NCBI GenBank assembly: GCA_951406725.2
Contig: OX597816.1
Coordinates: 74,896,001-74,960,000, forward strand
DNA from: Octopus vulgaris
Lineage: Eukaryota
Direction: 5' to 3'
DNA: 64,000 nucleotides
Positions 38,588-51,686 of the stretch are shown one piece after another (position 1 is the stretch's first letter; every line of letters begins with the position of its first letter). The position numbers were made by a program, and so were the translations under genes. A model generated the notes under the pieces. The model was given only the letters and a program-made list of their open reading frames with translations. It ran no database searches and was not told the origin of the DNA.

Positions 38588-39081
38588 CATACACATACAC
38601 ACATATATATATACACACACATACATACACATATATATACATACACAAACATATATACACACATATATATATATATACACACATACACACACATACATAC
38701 ATATACACACAAACACATACATACGTATACATACATACATACATCCATACATCCATACTTACATGCATTTATACGCATACACACACCCATCTATATATAT
38801 ATATATATATATATACACACTCACACATACATATACAAATATACGCACACACATACATACATACACGTATACACATACACGCACATACACATATACATGC
38901 GTACCCATATATATATATGTATGGGTATGTGTATCAGTGTATATGTATATATGTATGTGTGTGTGTATGTATATGTATGTATATGTGTATATATGTATGT
39001 GTATATGTGTATATATGTGTATATATATGCATGTATGTGTATGTGTATGTATATGTATATGTGTATGTATATGTATGTGTA

Positions 39082-39121
<40 letters not shown>

Positions 39122-39608
39122 TGCGCGTGTGTGTATGTATGCATATATGTATGTATGCATGTATATGTGTATGTATATATGTGTGTAAGTGTGTGCATAT
39201 ATGTATATGTAAGTATGTGTGCGTGTATGAGTATGTATGTATGCTTGCACACGTGTATATATGTGTGTGTGTGTATATATATGGATGCGCGTGCGTGTGT
39301 GCACGTGTATGGGTACGCATGTATATGTGTATGTGCGTGTATGTGTATGTATGCATATATGTATGTATGCATGTATATGTGTATGTATATATGTGTGTAA
39401 GTGTGTGCATATATGTATATGTAAGTATGTGTGCGTGTATGAGTATGTATGTATGCTTGCACACGTGTATATATGTGTGTGTGTGTATATATATGGATGC
39501 GCGTGCGTGTGTGCACGTGTATGGGTACGCATGTATATGTGTATGTGCGTGTATGTGTATACGTGTATGTATGTATGTGTGTGCGTATATTTGTATATGT
39601 ATGTGTGA

Positions 39609-39639
<31 letters not shown>

Positions 39640-39841
39640 GATGGGTGTGTGTATGCGTATAAATGCATGTAAGTATGGATGTATGGATGTATGTATGTAT
39701 GTATACGTATGTATGTGTTTGTGTGTATATGTATGTATGTGTGTGTATGTGTGTATATATATATATATGTGTGTATATATGTTTGTGTATGTATATATAT
39801 GTGTATGTATGTGTGTGTATATATATGTGTGTATGTGTATG

Positions 39842-39909
<68 letters not shown>

Positions 39910-40300
39910 TATGTATCTGTATGTAGGAGTATATGTGTGTGTGTGTATGTATATGTGTATATATATATATATATGTATATTTACTGGTGTATATGTATAG
40001 ACTAGCCTCCTAAAGTGTAGACACGAATCTGTAGGTACGAGTACGTATGTGTATATACGTGAACGTATGTAGATGTTTGTATGTATGAATATAACGCGTG
40101 CGTACGTGTATGTGTATGAGTGTACGAATGGGTGAATGTACGTGCTAATGTGTGTGCGTGCGGGAATGAGTACTTGCCCTCTAGTAGACAGACAAATGGA
40201 CATGCTGCCATAGCCAGGATCCTTAGCTCTAGCGATCAAATATAACAAAAGTAATAAATGAAGATAATAAAATTAAAATTAGGGAATGGGCCTGTATTGG

Positions 40301-40341
<41 letters not shown>

Positions 40342-40440
40342 GTGTATGTGTAGGTATGTATAGGTACACATGTGTATGTGTATGTGTATGTATATGTGTG
40401 TGTGTATGTATGTGCACACATGTATATATATGTATGCGTG

Positions 40441-40480
<40 letters not shown>

Positions 40481-40781
40481 TATGTGTATGTGGGTGTATG
40501 TATATATAGGTGTAAATATGTGTATATAGGGAACTAGGTGTGTTGTGTGTGCATGAGTGTATGTGCGTATGAATATATATTTTTCTGTGTATATATGTAT
40601 GTGTGGTCGTGGGTATATATATACACATGTGGGTATGCGTGCATGCATGGGAGTGAGTGTATGCATATATGCGTGTGTGTATGTGTAGACAGGTATATGC
40701 ATGTGCATGTGTATAAATTTGTATATGTGGGCGGGTGTATGTATGTGTGTATGTAGATATGTATGTATATGTGTATGTATG

Positions 40782-40818
<37 letters not shown>

Positions 40819-41137
40819 ATATGTACGTGTGTAGATACGTATACATATGTGTATAGGTATAAGTGAGAATCTCCTTATTTACCTATAACTCTATCCCCCC
40901 TTTTTTTATATATATATATTTTTATATATATATTTTTTTATATATATTTTTTATTTTTTTATTTTTTTATTTTTTTATTTTTTTATTTATCTATTCTTTC
41001 ATCTAACTTACCACTGACTCCTTGACCACTCCCCCAAGTATGATATTTTGCGCTATGCCTACCCCCAAAAAAGTCCCCCACCACCACTCCTTTAAACCTG
41101 CCTAAATGTATAAATGCTAATACAATTCTTGTTAAAT

Positions 41138-41188
41138 AGCTTCCTGAAGATTTCTCTTGAATGAAACAGTACTAGTCCTGTAGAAGCT
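41138..41188 (+). ncRNA. Type I hammerhead ribozyme with canonical core
   Basis: AGCTTC-CTGAAGA-T-TTC-TCTT-GAA-T-GAAA-CAG-TACTAGTC-CTG-TA-GAAGCT: 6-bp stem I, helix III ACAG/CTGT, GUA cleavage triplet. Confidence 0.72.
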
Positions 41189-41439
41189 CCTTCTATATAA
41201 TAAATTAATTTTACTCTGCTATGTATTGAGTACCTTACTTACTGTGGTTAACCCCGAATCAACCCGGGACCTACATATATATATATATATAAATTTTTAG
41301 TAGAATATAAAAACTTCAGTTGTCAGTAATTTACATCCAGATAAACGAAATCATGTTTCCTATTATTTATAAGACGTGATTGGGCATGATACGTTGTTCC
41401 ATTCATGTATTTTTTGGGATCAATAAACTCATGTAGATA

Positions 41440-41780
41440 TTAAAATAATTCAAAGAAAATCTAAATGAAGACATTCTATTCTAGTATATAATGATGAAAT
41501 TCGATCATAAGAAACATTTATGCGCGTGTAGATACGTATAATCGCGGAAGATTGAAAATTGTAAATAAAGTTCAGTAATGTGAAGTATGAAAAGTAAAAG
41601 TCTGTTAAAAACCCACGGAGTGCCTTCAAATGTAGCTTGTGCTATGTTTGGAAACAAGTGTTTATAGATATATGTAAGCTATAAACGATTACAAATTATG
41701 CAATATGTTGTTAGAGGTTTCGGTAATCGTAAGTAATCTCCAGACGTCGAACAAGATATTGACTTCAAAGAACAAGGTCC
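41440..41780 (+). pseudogene. Decayed PLE GIY-YIG endonuclease C-terminus
   Basis: Broken translation RYV(W)S.K.EN.K..SVM(W)SMK...KCSLC...VFI...RRRTRY resembles the YIW.LK...WSI...CxLC..EK...CRH pattern of PLE endonucleases. Confidence 0.4.
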
Positions 41781-42615
41781 GTTGAAGACGTGAACTTGTG
41801 CAACATCTGACCTTTAAGAGATGTATCCCAGTCAGATGGGAATTCGCTAACGGAAGATTTGAACCGAAACCAACTTGAAGATGGATTTCATCAGTTTGTT
41901 TACCTCCAGCTATGCGTGTGCCTCACACATTAGATATTGTAAGTGTGTGTGTGTGTCTGTCTGTCTGTGTGTGTGTGTGTGTTCGACGCTGAAAGTTCAC
42001 TCCGATGTTATTCACTCACATGTGCACAAGCACACACACATACACACACACGCACGCACAGATGCACACATGCATACAGATAGATGCCCATCCGCGCGCA
42101 CACACATTCACACATACATACACACACAGATGCACACTCACTCGCACACACACATTTAGACAGATGCACCCTCACACGCACACACATACTCATATAGACA
42201 GATGCACACTCGCGCACACACAAACTCATATACATGCAATCATACATACACAACCGTATATTCACACACGCACACACAGACACATATACACACACAAAAC
42301 ACACACATACGCGAAAAACATGTCATGTAAATATGAATGTATTTATGTATGTATATGCGCATGTATGTACGCATATTTGAATTATGCTTGTATGTATAGA
42401 TGGATAGATTGATGGATGGATTTTTGTGTTTATGCGTGTGTATGTGTGTGTGTGTGTGTGTATGTATGTATGCGTGTATGTACTCCTCTGTCTTTCATAC
42501 TATCATTCTTTTTTCAAAATTACACTCACACACTACATGAAGAAAGAGCAGGAAATACTGAAAGTAGAATAGACATAACATACACACACACACACACACA
42601 CACACATACACACAT

Positions 42616-42646
<31 letters not shown>

Positions 42647-42719
42647 CACACGACATATACCGACTTCATTCATCATCATTCTTAATATATATATATACAT
42701 GTTATTTTTAATAAGTTAG

Positions 42720-42960
42720 CCAAAGAGATGACCTTTACAAACCATCCCAAACTAGTGAGATTGATGTGGGTGATGTTCAGTTCAGACATCTGGCGGTTGA
42801 TATGAATAGAAAACCTTTAATGGAATTTCTAGACAGCTGGTGGTCTTGGAAAAACATGATGGAGAAAATAACTAGAGGTGACAGGAGGGGTAATGATGTC
42901 TTCATAGATCGTAAGAGCAGACAACGTTGTAGTAGCAGTAGAATATGCAAAGAGAGTGTA
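42720..42960 (-). pseudogene. Decayed LINE ORF2 3' end
   Basis: SLCIFYCYYNVVCSYDL..., similar to the SLS.FYRYY..CS.EL motif and to 5946-6235. Confidence 0.35.
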
Positions 42961-42984
42961 CACAGCACATTTATATCTTTTATC

Positions 42985-43625
42985 TTATACTTGCTTCAGT
43001 CATTAGACTGTGGCCATGCTGGGGTAACACGAACAATTTTAGTCGAACTCATCAACTCCAGTACTGTTTTTTTTTTTGTAAAGCCTGGTACTTATTTTAT
43101 CGCTCTCTTTTGCCAAATTGCTAAATTACAAGGACGTAAACTCACCAACACCGGTTTTCAAGCGGTGGTGGGAGACAAACATTTACACAAAGACAGACAG
43201 ACAGACAGACTCATATTTATGTTACAACGGGCTTCTTTCAGTTTCCGTCTACCAAATCCAGTCACAAGGCTTTGGTCGGATCGAGGCTATTATAGAAGAC
43301 ATTTTCCCAAGGCGCCACGCAGTGGGACTGATTCCGAAACCATGTGGTTTGGAAGCAAACTTCACATTTCTTTATTGCCCACAAGGGGCTAAACATAGAG
43401 GGAACAAACAAAGGCAGATGAAGGGATTAAATCGATTACATCGACCCCAGTACGAAACTGGTACTTAATTTATCGCCCCCGAAAGGATGAAAGGCAAAGT
43501 CGACCTCGGCGGAATTTGAACTCAGAACATAAAGACAGACAAAATACCGCTAAGCATTTCGCCCGGTGTGCTAACGTTTCTGCCAGCTCAGCTCACCGCC
43601 TTACCACACAGCCACGGCTGTACCT
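42985..43625 (-). mobile_element. SINE family A interrupted by a nested family B copy (43366-43597)
   Basis: A-type sequence stops at GGAAGCAAACTT (~43362) and resumes CTTACCACACAGCCAC (~43600), with a complete B copy between. Confidence 0.8.
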
Positions 43626-43674
43626 ATATACCAAGTATTTTTATGGGATTCTTTACTTGAGCACAAGGTCCAGC

Positions 43675-43790
43675 CTTTGTTGTGGTGTGGAGGCTTGTGT
43701 GCCTCAATGACCCTGAGAGTTATGCCAGCATAGCCCAAACTCCTGATTAAACCTCCCAAACTTGGAGACCAAACTAATATGGACCTCCTC
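43675..43790 (+). mobile_element. RTE-clade LINE 5' UTR fragment
   Basis: GTTGTGGTGTGGAGGCTTGTGTGCCTCAATGACCCTGAGAGTTATGCC resembles the conserved RTE 5' UTR as I recall it. Confidence 0.4.
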
Positions 43791-44309
43791 TTACCAGAAG
43801 AAAAGAAAAGAAAGATTTCAGAAACTTTGATGGCAATTCAAAACCAAAAGGACTTTGGACAAAAAAGCTTCCATCGGGTAAATACATGACTGAAGCAGAA
43901 ATGAAAAAACAAGGAACCAAAAAGGGGAAAAGACAGCCCAGAGTGGAGAAAAGCTTAAACAGATTTCATAGTATTTTTGCCATGGGCCCTCATATGATTA
44001 CTTAGCTCTGATTTCATTTCAAATATTTTTTTGTGACAAATGTAACACGTAATTTACTCGAAGATCATGTCACAACAGTAGCTCCATCATTGTGCAGAAT
44101 GGATTTTTCTAGTAGCAGACAAGCTCACCTTTGGATGGACGCGCGCACACGCATGCACACGCACGCACACACACATTTATACATACGCGCACACACGCAC
44201 TCACACATTCACACTCATACACGCACATACATGCAAAAATGACTGCGGAAAGGAACATAGTCAAATGGCTGAAACAAGTAAAAGAGTAAAAGAGTATATG
44301 ATTGTTTCA

Positions 44310-44877
44310 AATATTAACACAGGACGACTAATTTCGAGGAAGGGGTTAAGTCGATAAATCAACACCAGTTTCAACTGGTACTTATTTTATCGACCGACCC
44401 TGACGGCATTTGACCTCAGAACAGAAAGACGGACGGAATGTCACTAAACATTTTGCCCGTCGTGCTAACGATTCTTATTTCTTTACTGCTCACAAACAAG
44501 AGGTCACAGACGTGTGACAAAAGATTTCTGGGAAAATAACATGAGTTAAAATAATTTTTAAAAATTCCAGCAATTTCCCCTCTTGGATTGGTATTTTATT
44601 ATCGATCCCGGAAGAATAAAAGCAAAGTTGACATCAGCAGAATTTGAACTCAGACTTTCAGGACAACTATTAGTTTCAAATTTTAGGACGGAGCTAGCAA
44701 TTTTATAGAAGGAGTAAGTCGATTATATCAGTTGTTATAATCATTTGGTACTTATTTTATTGGCCCCGAAAGGATAAACGGCAAAGTTGACCTCGGCAGA
44801 ATTTGTACTCAGAACGTGTAGACAGACGAAATGCCGCAAAGCATTTTACCCGACGTGTTAACGATTCTGCCAGCTTC
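44310..44877 (-). mobile_element. Cluster of three decayed SINE family B copies
   Basis: GGTACTTATTTTATCGA..GAAAGG..AAAGTTGAC..GCAGAATTTG.ACTCAGA recurs at ~44380, ~44600 and ~44750. Confidence 0.7.
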
Positions 44878-45732
44878 GTCGGAACAAACATTGCGAAGCA
44901 TTCTGTTCAACGCTCTAAAGACTCTGTTAATTAGGCGTTTTCTATTGCTGATGTGTCTGTTTCCTTAGGAATTATCTGGTGCTAAAAGAACAATAATAAC
45001 AACTGTAGCAGTAGCCGCGAGGTTGGTGGTGGCGGCAGCGAAGGTACAACCATCACCATATACAGTCGTGACTTGCACAAAATTGTTGATAGACCCAATA
45101 TCAGGTGAAAACTTGTAGGCTTCATTTTAAAGTACTGACAAAGTACTTTAGCATTCTTTTCCAAAATACATATGATTATGTACGGGTTATGAGTATATAT
45201 ATATATATACGTGTACACGTAGGGTACATGATGTACTTACTAGTAACAAAGCAGAACAAAAGAACTTGAACGATTTATATATAAAAAAAAATAATAATTC
45301 TATATCAAAGGGTCTACCTTTGCTTCTAACAAGTGAAGTAGCCTCCCCACCCTTGCTAATCTACCCACTTCAAAATCGTAAACTTATTCTGACTTTCCCC
45401 ACCTGCCTCATGCTGTTCTGGCCTGACACAACCACCGACGTTCTATTACCTTCTCAAATTTAATGACTTTAACAGAGATTTTGCGTGATATAAGAACTGC
45501 ATCTTAGATGTCATCAGATCTGAAGAGGATGAAAGCGTATGTAACGTCTCGGTAGATGTGGAATATTCTTTTACAAATCTGGAAACACCTGAAATTACAA
45601 ATATGTTTTCTCCTTCTCTTCCTTCTCTCTCTCAATCTGTCTCTCTCTCTCTCTCTCGATATATATATATATATTTCAATATACATATACATATATACAC
45701 ACACACAAACACAAAAATAGCAAAAAATGGAA

Positions 45733-45808
<76 letters not shown>

Positions 45809-46309
45809 CTCAACTTGTGTGTCTGTGTGTGTATCTGTGTGTGTATCTGTGCGTGTGTCTGTGTGTGTGTCTGTGTGTTTAACTTCCCGGCACATCTCCC
45901 AGCCAACAAATCGTAGAACCACCAAATATGGGTCCCTTAAAGTTTAGGCGAATGAAAATTGAACTGCGCTATTTCTGTTCCGAAATTCATCTCGCAAGTT
46001 CAAAATTCGATAATGTGTTTGTTTAGGCCTTATCCCATGCATTGATTAGTGAACTTTACTCAGTCAGCTGTTTGACGTGAACTGTGTTCACCACGCGTGC
46101 AAGCATGCGTAAATTGCATGAAAAGTAAAAAATCAAGATATAAAAACAAATCGTAGAAATTCGGCAAAGAAATGAATTTTCGGGATGTAGCCTGGGTTTT
46201 TTTTTTCATATTAATCGTTTGGACTTTGTGAACACATACCAATTGTTTTCATAACATTTTTAACGCTTTGAATTAAATGTTACCATTTTGCAAAGCCGAG
46301 CAATACTGC

Positions 46310-46374
<65 letters not shown>

Positions 46375-46456
46375 TATGTGTATATATATATATATATGAA
46401 TATATATATATATATGTGTATATATATATATATATGTATATGTATATATATATATG

Positions 46457-46525
<69 letters not shown>

Positions 46526-46544
46526 ATATATAAATTTATATATA

Positions 46545-48191
46545 TAGATGAGATGAAAACAAACTCAGCTACTAAAAGTATGTAAGAGGGTCCTAGCAAG
46601 GCCACTGCGGTCTCTCTTTCAGAGCTTCCTTGCAACTGGCAAACTTCCAAGAAAACTGAAGGAAGGTAAAATATGCCCTATTCATAAAGGAGGTAGCAGA
46701 GCGGAGGCCAAGAACTACAGACCTATCTCTCTAGCCTCACACATCAGCAAGGCATGGAACGAATAGTCAGAAGGAAACTAATCATCTTCCTTGAAGAAAA
46801 TGACTTGCTGCCTGACACCCAACATGGTTTCCGACCAGGAAGAAGCTGCTTAACTCAGCTCCTACAACACTATGACTGGGTGCTGAAACAACTGCTCAAC
46901 CACTTAAATGTGGAAGTCATATATCTCGACTTTGCAAAGGCCTTTGATAAGGTCGATCATGGAATGATATGTCACAAACTGCGTGATCTTGGCATAGTTG
47001 GAAAATTGGGAGAATGGCTTCATGACTTTCTGAAGAATAGAAGTCAGGTGATAGCAGCCAATGGGGCCACTTCCATTAACACGCAAATAGTGAGCGGTGT
47101 TCCGCAGGGCACTGTTTTGGGACCACTACTGTTCATAATGGCCCTCTCAGACATTCCCTCAGCCACGCAGAGAGCCACGATCACAAGTTATGCAGATGAT
47201 ACAAAAGTTTCACAGGCAATACAGAACCCTGAAGACACTAAGCACCTGCAATGTGAGCTGGACGAAATATACAAGTGGGCTGAAAAGAATAGCATGCAGT
47301 TCAATGCTGAAAAGTTTCAAGCTTTATACTATCAGCATGCAAAACTGAATGCAATACCCAATGAATACACTGGACCCGGAGGGATTGCAATCCCAGAGGC
47401 ACAATCAGTGCGTGACCTGGGTATTCACATGAGTGATGACGCGACCTTTCATGTACATGTTGCTAAACTGGCAATGAAATGTAGACGGCTGGCTGGATGG
47501 ATTCTTAGAACCTTTAGAACAAGAGAACAAGAAACCATGATGGTCCTCTGGAAGACACTTGTCCTAAGCCACTTTGACTATTGCTCTCAGCTATGGTTAC
47601 CATCCAGTGTCAAGTTGATCACAGAACTTGAGGCGATCCAACGAAGCTACACGAAGAAGATAGCCTCTGTGCAGCATATGAGCTACTGGGAAAGACTCAA
47701 GAGATTAAAGCTCTATTCCCTGGAGCGTAGGCGAGAAAGATATGCCATAATATATATCTGGAAGATCCTGGAAGGACTTGTCCCAAACTTTGGCATCGAG
47801 AGTCACACAAATGCCAGAACCGGGTGCCACTGCGTAGTACCAAGGACTCCAAATTTGCCATCAAGATGTAGGACAGGATACTGTGATAGCCTGGGCTTCC
47901 GAGGCCCACAGCTCTTCAATATCCTCCCGAAGAACCTGAGGGACCTGCATGGTGTAGATGCGGATGTCTTTAAAGTAGGACTGGATCTCTTCCTGTCAGG
48001 TGTCCCGGATGAACCAACTTCACGGCAGGAGGTGCAGATGAGGGCAGCTGCATCGAACTCTCTCATGCATCAGATGGCGTTTGCTAAAAAGCATCCGTGA
48101 GGTAAAATCGTGTAGCAAACCAAATGGCGGTGCCCCAGCATGGCCACAGCTCATTAGCTGAAACTGGAAAAATCAAAATCAAATCAAAATC
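46545..48191 (+). mobile_element. CR1-clade LINE, 5'-truncated, (AAAATC)n tail
   Basis: [19 protein letters not shown] (upstream frame), RT ORF, 3' UTR stem GGCGGTGCCCCAGCATGGCC, inserted after (TA)n. Confidence 0.95.
46754..48100 (+). CDS. Reverse transcriptase (CR1 ORF2 C-terminal 448 aa; no endonuclease domain, non-autonomous copy)
   Basis: QHGFRPGRSC, YLDFAKAFDKVDH, SGVPQGTVLGPLLF, YADD, RDLG, LERRRERY motifs. Confidence 0.9.
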   Translation: MERIVRRKLIIFLEENDLLPDTQHGFRPGRSCLTQLLQHYDWVLKQLLNHLNVEVIYLDFAKAFDKVDHGMICHKLRDLGIVGKLGEWLHDFLKNRSQVIAANGATSINTQIVSGVPQGTVLGPLLFIMALSDIPSATQRATITSYADDTKVSQAIQNPEDTKHLQCELDEIYKWAEKNSMQFNAEKFQALYYQHAKLNAIPNEYTGPGGIAIPEAQSVRDLGIHMSDDATFHVHVAKLAMKCRRLAGWILRTFRTREQETMMVLWKTLVLSHFDYCSQLWLPSSVKLITELEAIQRSYTKKIASVQHMSYWERLKRLKLYSLERRRERYAIIYIWKILEGLVPNFGIESHTNARTGCHCVVPRTPNLPSRCRTGYCDSLGFRGPQLFNILPKNLRDLHGVDADVFKVGLDLFLSGVPDEPTSRQEVQMRAAASNSLMHQMAFAKKHP

Positions 48192-49469
48192 ATATATACA
48201 TATATATATAAATACATGTATGTATACTGATGTATATGTATAGATGTATTTCTATAGATATACATGTATATGTAAACATGTATGTCTAGATGTATATATA
48301 GATGTACATGTAATATGTACACATATATATACACATATATACATGCATACATATATATATACCCATACACACATACCGATATACCCCCCACACACACACA
48401 CACAAGTGCAGATGTGGTAACAAACTGTGTTCCAAAACACTTGGTTCTCAGTTCAGTCCCACTGTGTGGTAACTTGGCATGTGTCTTCTGCTATAGCCTC
48501 GAACCAGCCAGACATTGGGGCGACTGTACACAGCTACCAGCCCACAGTCGACGCTATGGCATTGGTGTCACTATTACAAACGGGTTGGGTTGGGTTGGGA
48601 GAAAGAATTGCCATTATATATTGAGAACTATATCGTGAAGGTAGCATAAAAAAACAACCCTTCGTCAATTCTTGGCAGATTTACCTACTCCGCATTGCGA
48701 GCAGTGCAACAAGATGCGTCTTCGTCAAAGCAATTGCTCCCCAAAGCAAATTAAATAAAATTTGAGTTACGTGGAACGTCAAACCTGCTAACAAAAACAG
48801 GACAGTGAAAACATTCGGTAAGGGCTGTTTAACCCTAACGAGGTGAAGTGGTGAACGCCGGAGAAAAAAAGAGACAGACAAGAGTGCATGTTTTAGTTAT
48901 AAACTGAACAAGAAGAAAAAGAATTACATTTAGAAATAGAGATCTATAATTATTGAGGACAGAATTTGAGTTAGAAATAGGGAACTATAAATATTGTATT
49001 ATGCATTAAGTGGTGGCTTACATTCGGGGTTCCAATTTCTCTGTAAAATATAAGATAGTCGCAAAATCATCGCACATGTCACCATCGATTACAAACACCG
49101 GTGGAAGATAAAAGTTCCAGAGGACATTCTTGTTCTTTCGTTTGTACAAGGATCGTATTATGTTTCGGCTTTAAATAAATTATAGATACAAATATAATGT
49201 ATAGAAATATATAAAAACCAGAATAGAAATTAAACGTCTTAGGCATATAAAATGAAATAACATGAGATATCAAGGTGTTATAAACTTGAAACCTACTAGA
49301 ATATCATAGATTATATATATCAAGTCATCCAATCAGTTCTGTCCAATTTTACCTTTTTTTAGATTTGAATGAAATTTAATAGTATTTTCAAATGTCTAAT
49401 TCAATTAAAAATTATTTTTATGCATTTGTGTACGTTTAAACTAATTCAATATTGTTTTACAAAATAATA

Positions 49470-50090
49470 GAGGGTGTCCACAAAGTCTGCGTACACAGGG
49501 ATTAACACATACTTTTAAAACAAACCAATTTTATTTAATTATAATGTTAATAAATAATATTTTCAAAGTGATTTCCATCCTTTTTCAATGTATAACTTGA
49601 TACGCCTTGCAAAATTCAGGTGAACTTGATTAAATAAGTCTACATTGCTATCAATTTCAGCACATTGACTGGTAATGCGTTCTCTCGTGTGTTTTTAATC
49701 TGTAATCTTTATTGTAATCCTTCTCTTTCAACATACCCCAGAAAAAGAAATCAAAGGGAGACAGGTCTGGTGAACGAGGGGACCTTTCCATATGACCCCT
49801 TCTTCCAATCCAGTAAGGAAAAGTGTCATTAAGCCAATCTCTAACAGTTGTGGCAAAATGGGTAGGGGCCCCATCCTGCTGAAAACAATTCGGAAGGCCC
49901 TCGCCTAGGCGCTCAATTTGAGATATTAATTTGTCTCTCAATATGTTTACATAAGTCTCATCCGTTACATGTTCAATGAAGAAGGGTCCTAGAACATGAG
50001 CTTTCCACAAACCACACCACACCATCACCTTTTTGTTGCCTTGCTGTTTGGATGGATCCATCCAATGTGGATTACCTCGAGACCATTAAA
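49470..50090 (-). mobile_element. Tc1/mariner-superfamily remnant of DD40/41D (rosa/VS-like) type
   Basis: KVMVWCGL..GPFF..FQQDGAPTH..WIGRRG..SPRSPDLSPFDFFFWG with 40 residues between the 2nd and 3rd D; terminal TA-GAGGGTGTCCACAAAG. Confidence 0.85.
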
Positions 50091-50558
50091 AAATTTTTCC
50101 TAACCTGCAGCCGTTTCAGAAAAGTGGTTGTACGAAGTATTCAAAATTCAGCCCTCCTAATTTTTCACCCTTATTTATGAATTTATAAATTTAATGATAC
50201 TGCAGTAAATATTATATGCAGTATTCGTTTCCGCTAAGTCTTACCATGCTTTCGGCGTGGAACCTGAATCACAACTATATATGCAATCGATTGGACCGCA
50301 TGAGTACTTGACGCTCGTGAGGGTCCAATAAATTGTATCGAAGACAAATGCTGCTGATGACTTATAGATAAATATGTGAGTATAATTGCATATTATATTG
50401 ATAAAGAAACAATTGTTCAGCATTAATCTATCTTTTCGTTGTGTTTCACTTTCCTTACGTTGAGGGTAATGTTATTTCTTTGTGGAAACAACTTCGGTGG
50501 CTATACCAGAATAAGGAGCTATTTTTAGCACTAGAGTTAACCACTTAACGGTAACTCT

Positions 50559-50642
<84 letters not shown>

Positions 50643-50692
50643 ATGTGACCGCGTGTGTATCGTTGGCGATTTTCTTTCTCCGTCTTCCCTTA

Positions 50693-50856
50693 CTTATTAT
50701 TATTGGAGCAATTGGATACATACCAACCCGTCTTGAGCAAAATATGGCTAAATTGGACTCTTGCGGAGAAAACGCAAATCCTTAATTCATGTGCTGCAAA
50801 TGATCGCGATATATGGGACTAAGAAAGTCTGCAAAACCTTCCTAAAATTTAAATGA
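50693..50856 (+). pseudogene. C-terminus of a restriction-like-endonuclease (R2/R4/NeSL group) non-LTR element
   Basis: IIIGAIGYIPTRLEQNMAKL.../LIHVLQMIAIYGTKKVCKTFLKFK* (one frameshift), typical end of RLE ORFs. Confidence 0.55.
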
Positions 50857-51294
50857 TATTGAAGAAAAAAGACGTTTTTGTTCACAACCTTGCTACGAAA
50901 CAGGTGGCCGGTTAAAATTTACTCTAAATTAAAAAGGGGAAGAGAAAGAACATCTGCATACGTTTATACATACGTATCCCTTCAAGTCTCTCATACAACC
51001 AAAGCTCTAATTCTACAAGTTGTTCCCTGCAGCTTCGCCAAAAGTAGTACAACCCCAAGCCTACTATTCGAAAAGGAAAAGAGAACAAGTACAATATAGT
51101 CGGTGAAGAACGTATTTTGGTTGGTTGTGGGTCTCCGACGAAGATTGCTGAATATGGTGATTTATACGTGTGCGTGTGTGATACCTTACGTATCTATGTA
51201 TATACACTTTAGCGTTTGAAGCAGTTGAATCTGTTCCACTTAATAAGCTTTACTTTCTAAATCATTTGACACGAGCTGGAATCTCTTTCTCTTT

Positions 51295-51686
51295 TTCTCT
51301 TTTTACTTGCTTCAGTCATTTTGACTGCAGCCATGCTGGTGCACCGCCTTTAATCGAGCAACTCGACCCCGGGACTTATTCTTTGTAAGCCCAGTACTTA
51401 TTCTATCAGTCTCTTTTGCTGAACCGCTAAGTGACGGGGACAAAAACACACCAGCATCGGTTGTCAAGCAATGCTAGGGGGACAAACACAGACACACAAA
51501 CATACACTCACATACATATATACGACAGGCTTCTTTCAGTTTCCGTCTACCAAATCCATTCACAAGGCTTTGGTCAGCCCGAGGCTATAGTAGAAGACAC
51601 TTGCCCAAGGTGCCACGCAGTGGGACTGAACCCGGAACCATGTGGTTGGTAAACAAGCTACTTACCACACAGCCACTCCAGCGCCT
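51295..51686 (-). mobile_element. SINE family A, full length
   Basis: Complete reverse complement of the consensus. Confidence 0.9.

Larger units (their letters stand above)
37237..41205. repeat. Long inverted repeat: arms 37237-38909 and 39520-41205, ~610-bp spacer containing a 212-bp tandem duplication
   Basis: Mirror-image ORFs (38193+ / 40248-, 37601+ / 40846-); unique blocks such as GCTAGAGCTAAGGATCCTGGCTATGGCAGCATGTCC occur on both strands; ORFs 39237 and 39449 repeat at 212 bp. Confidence 0.97.
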
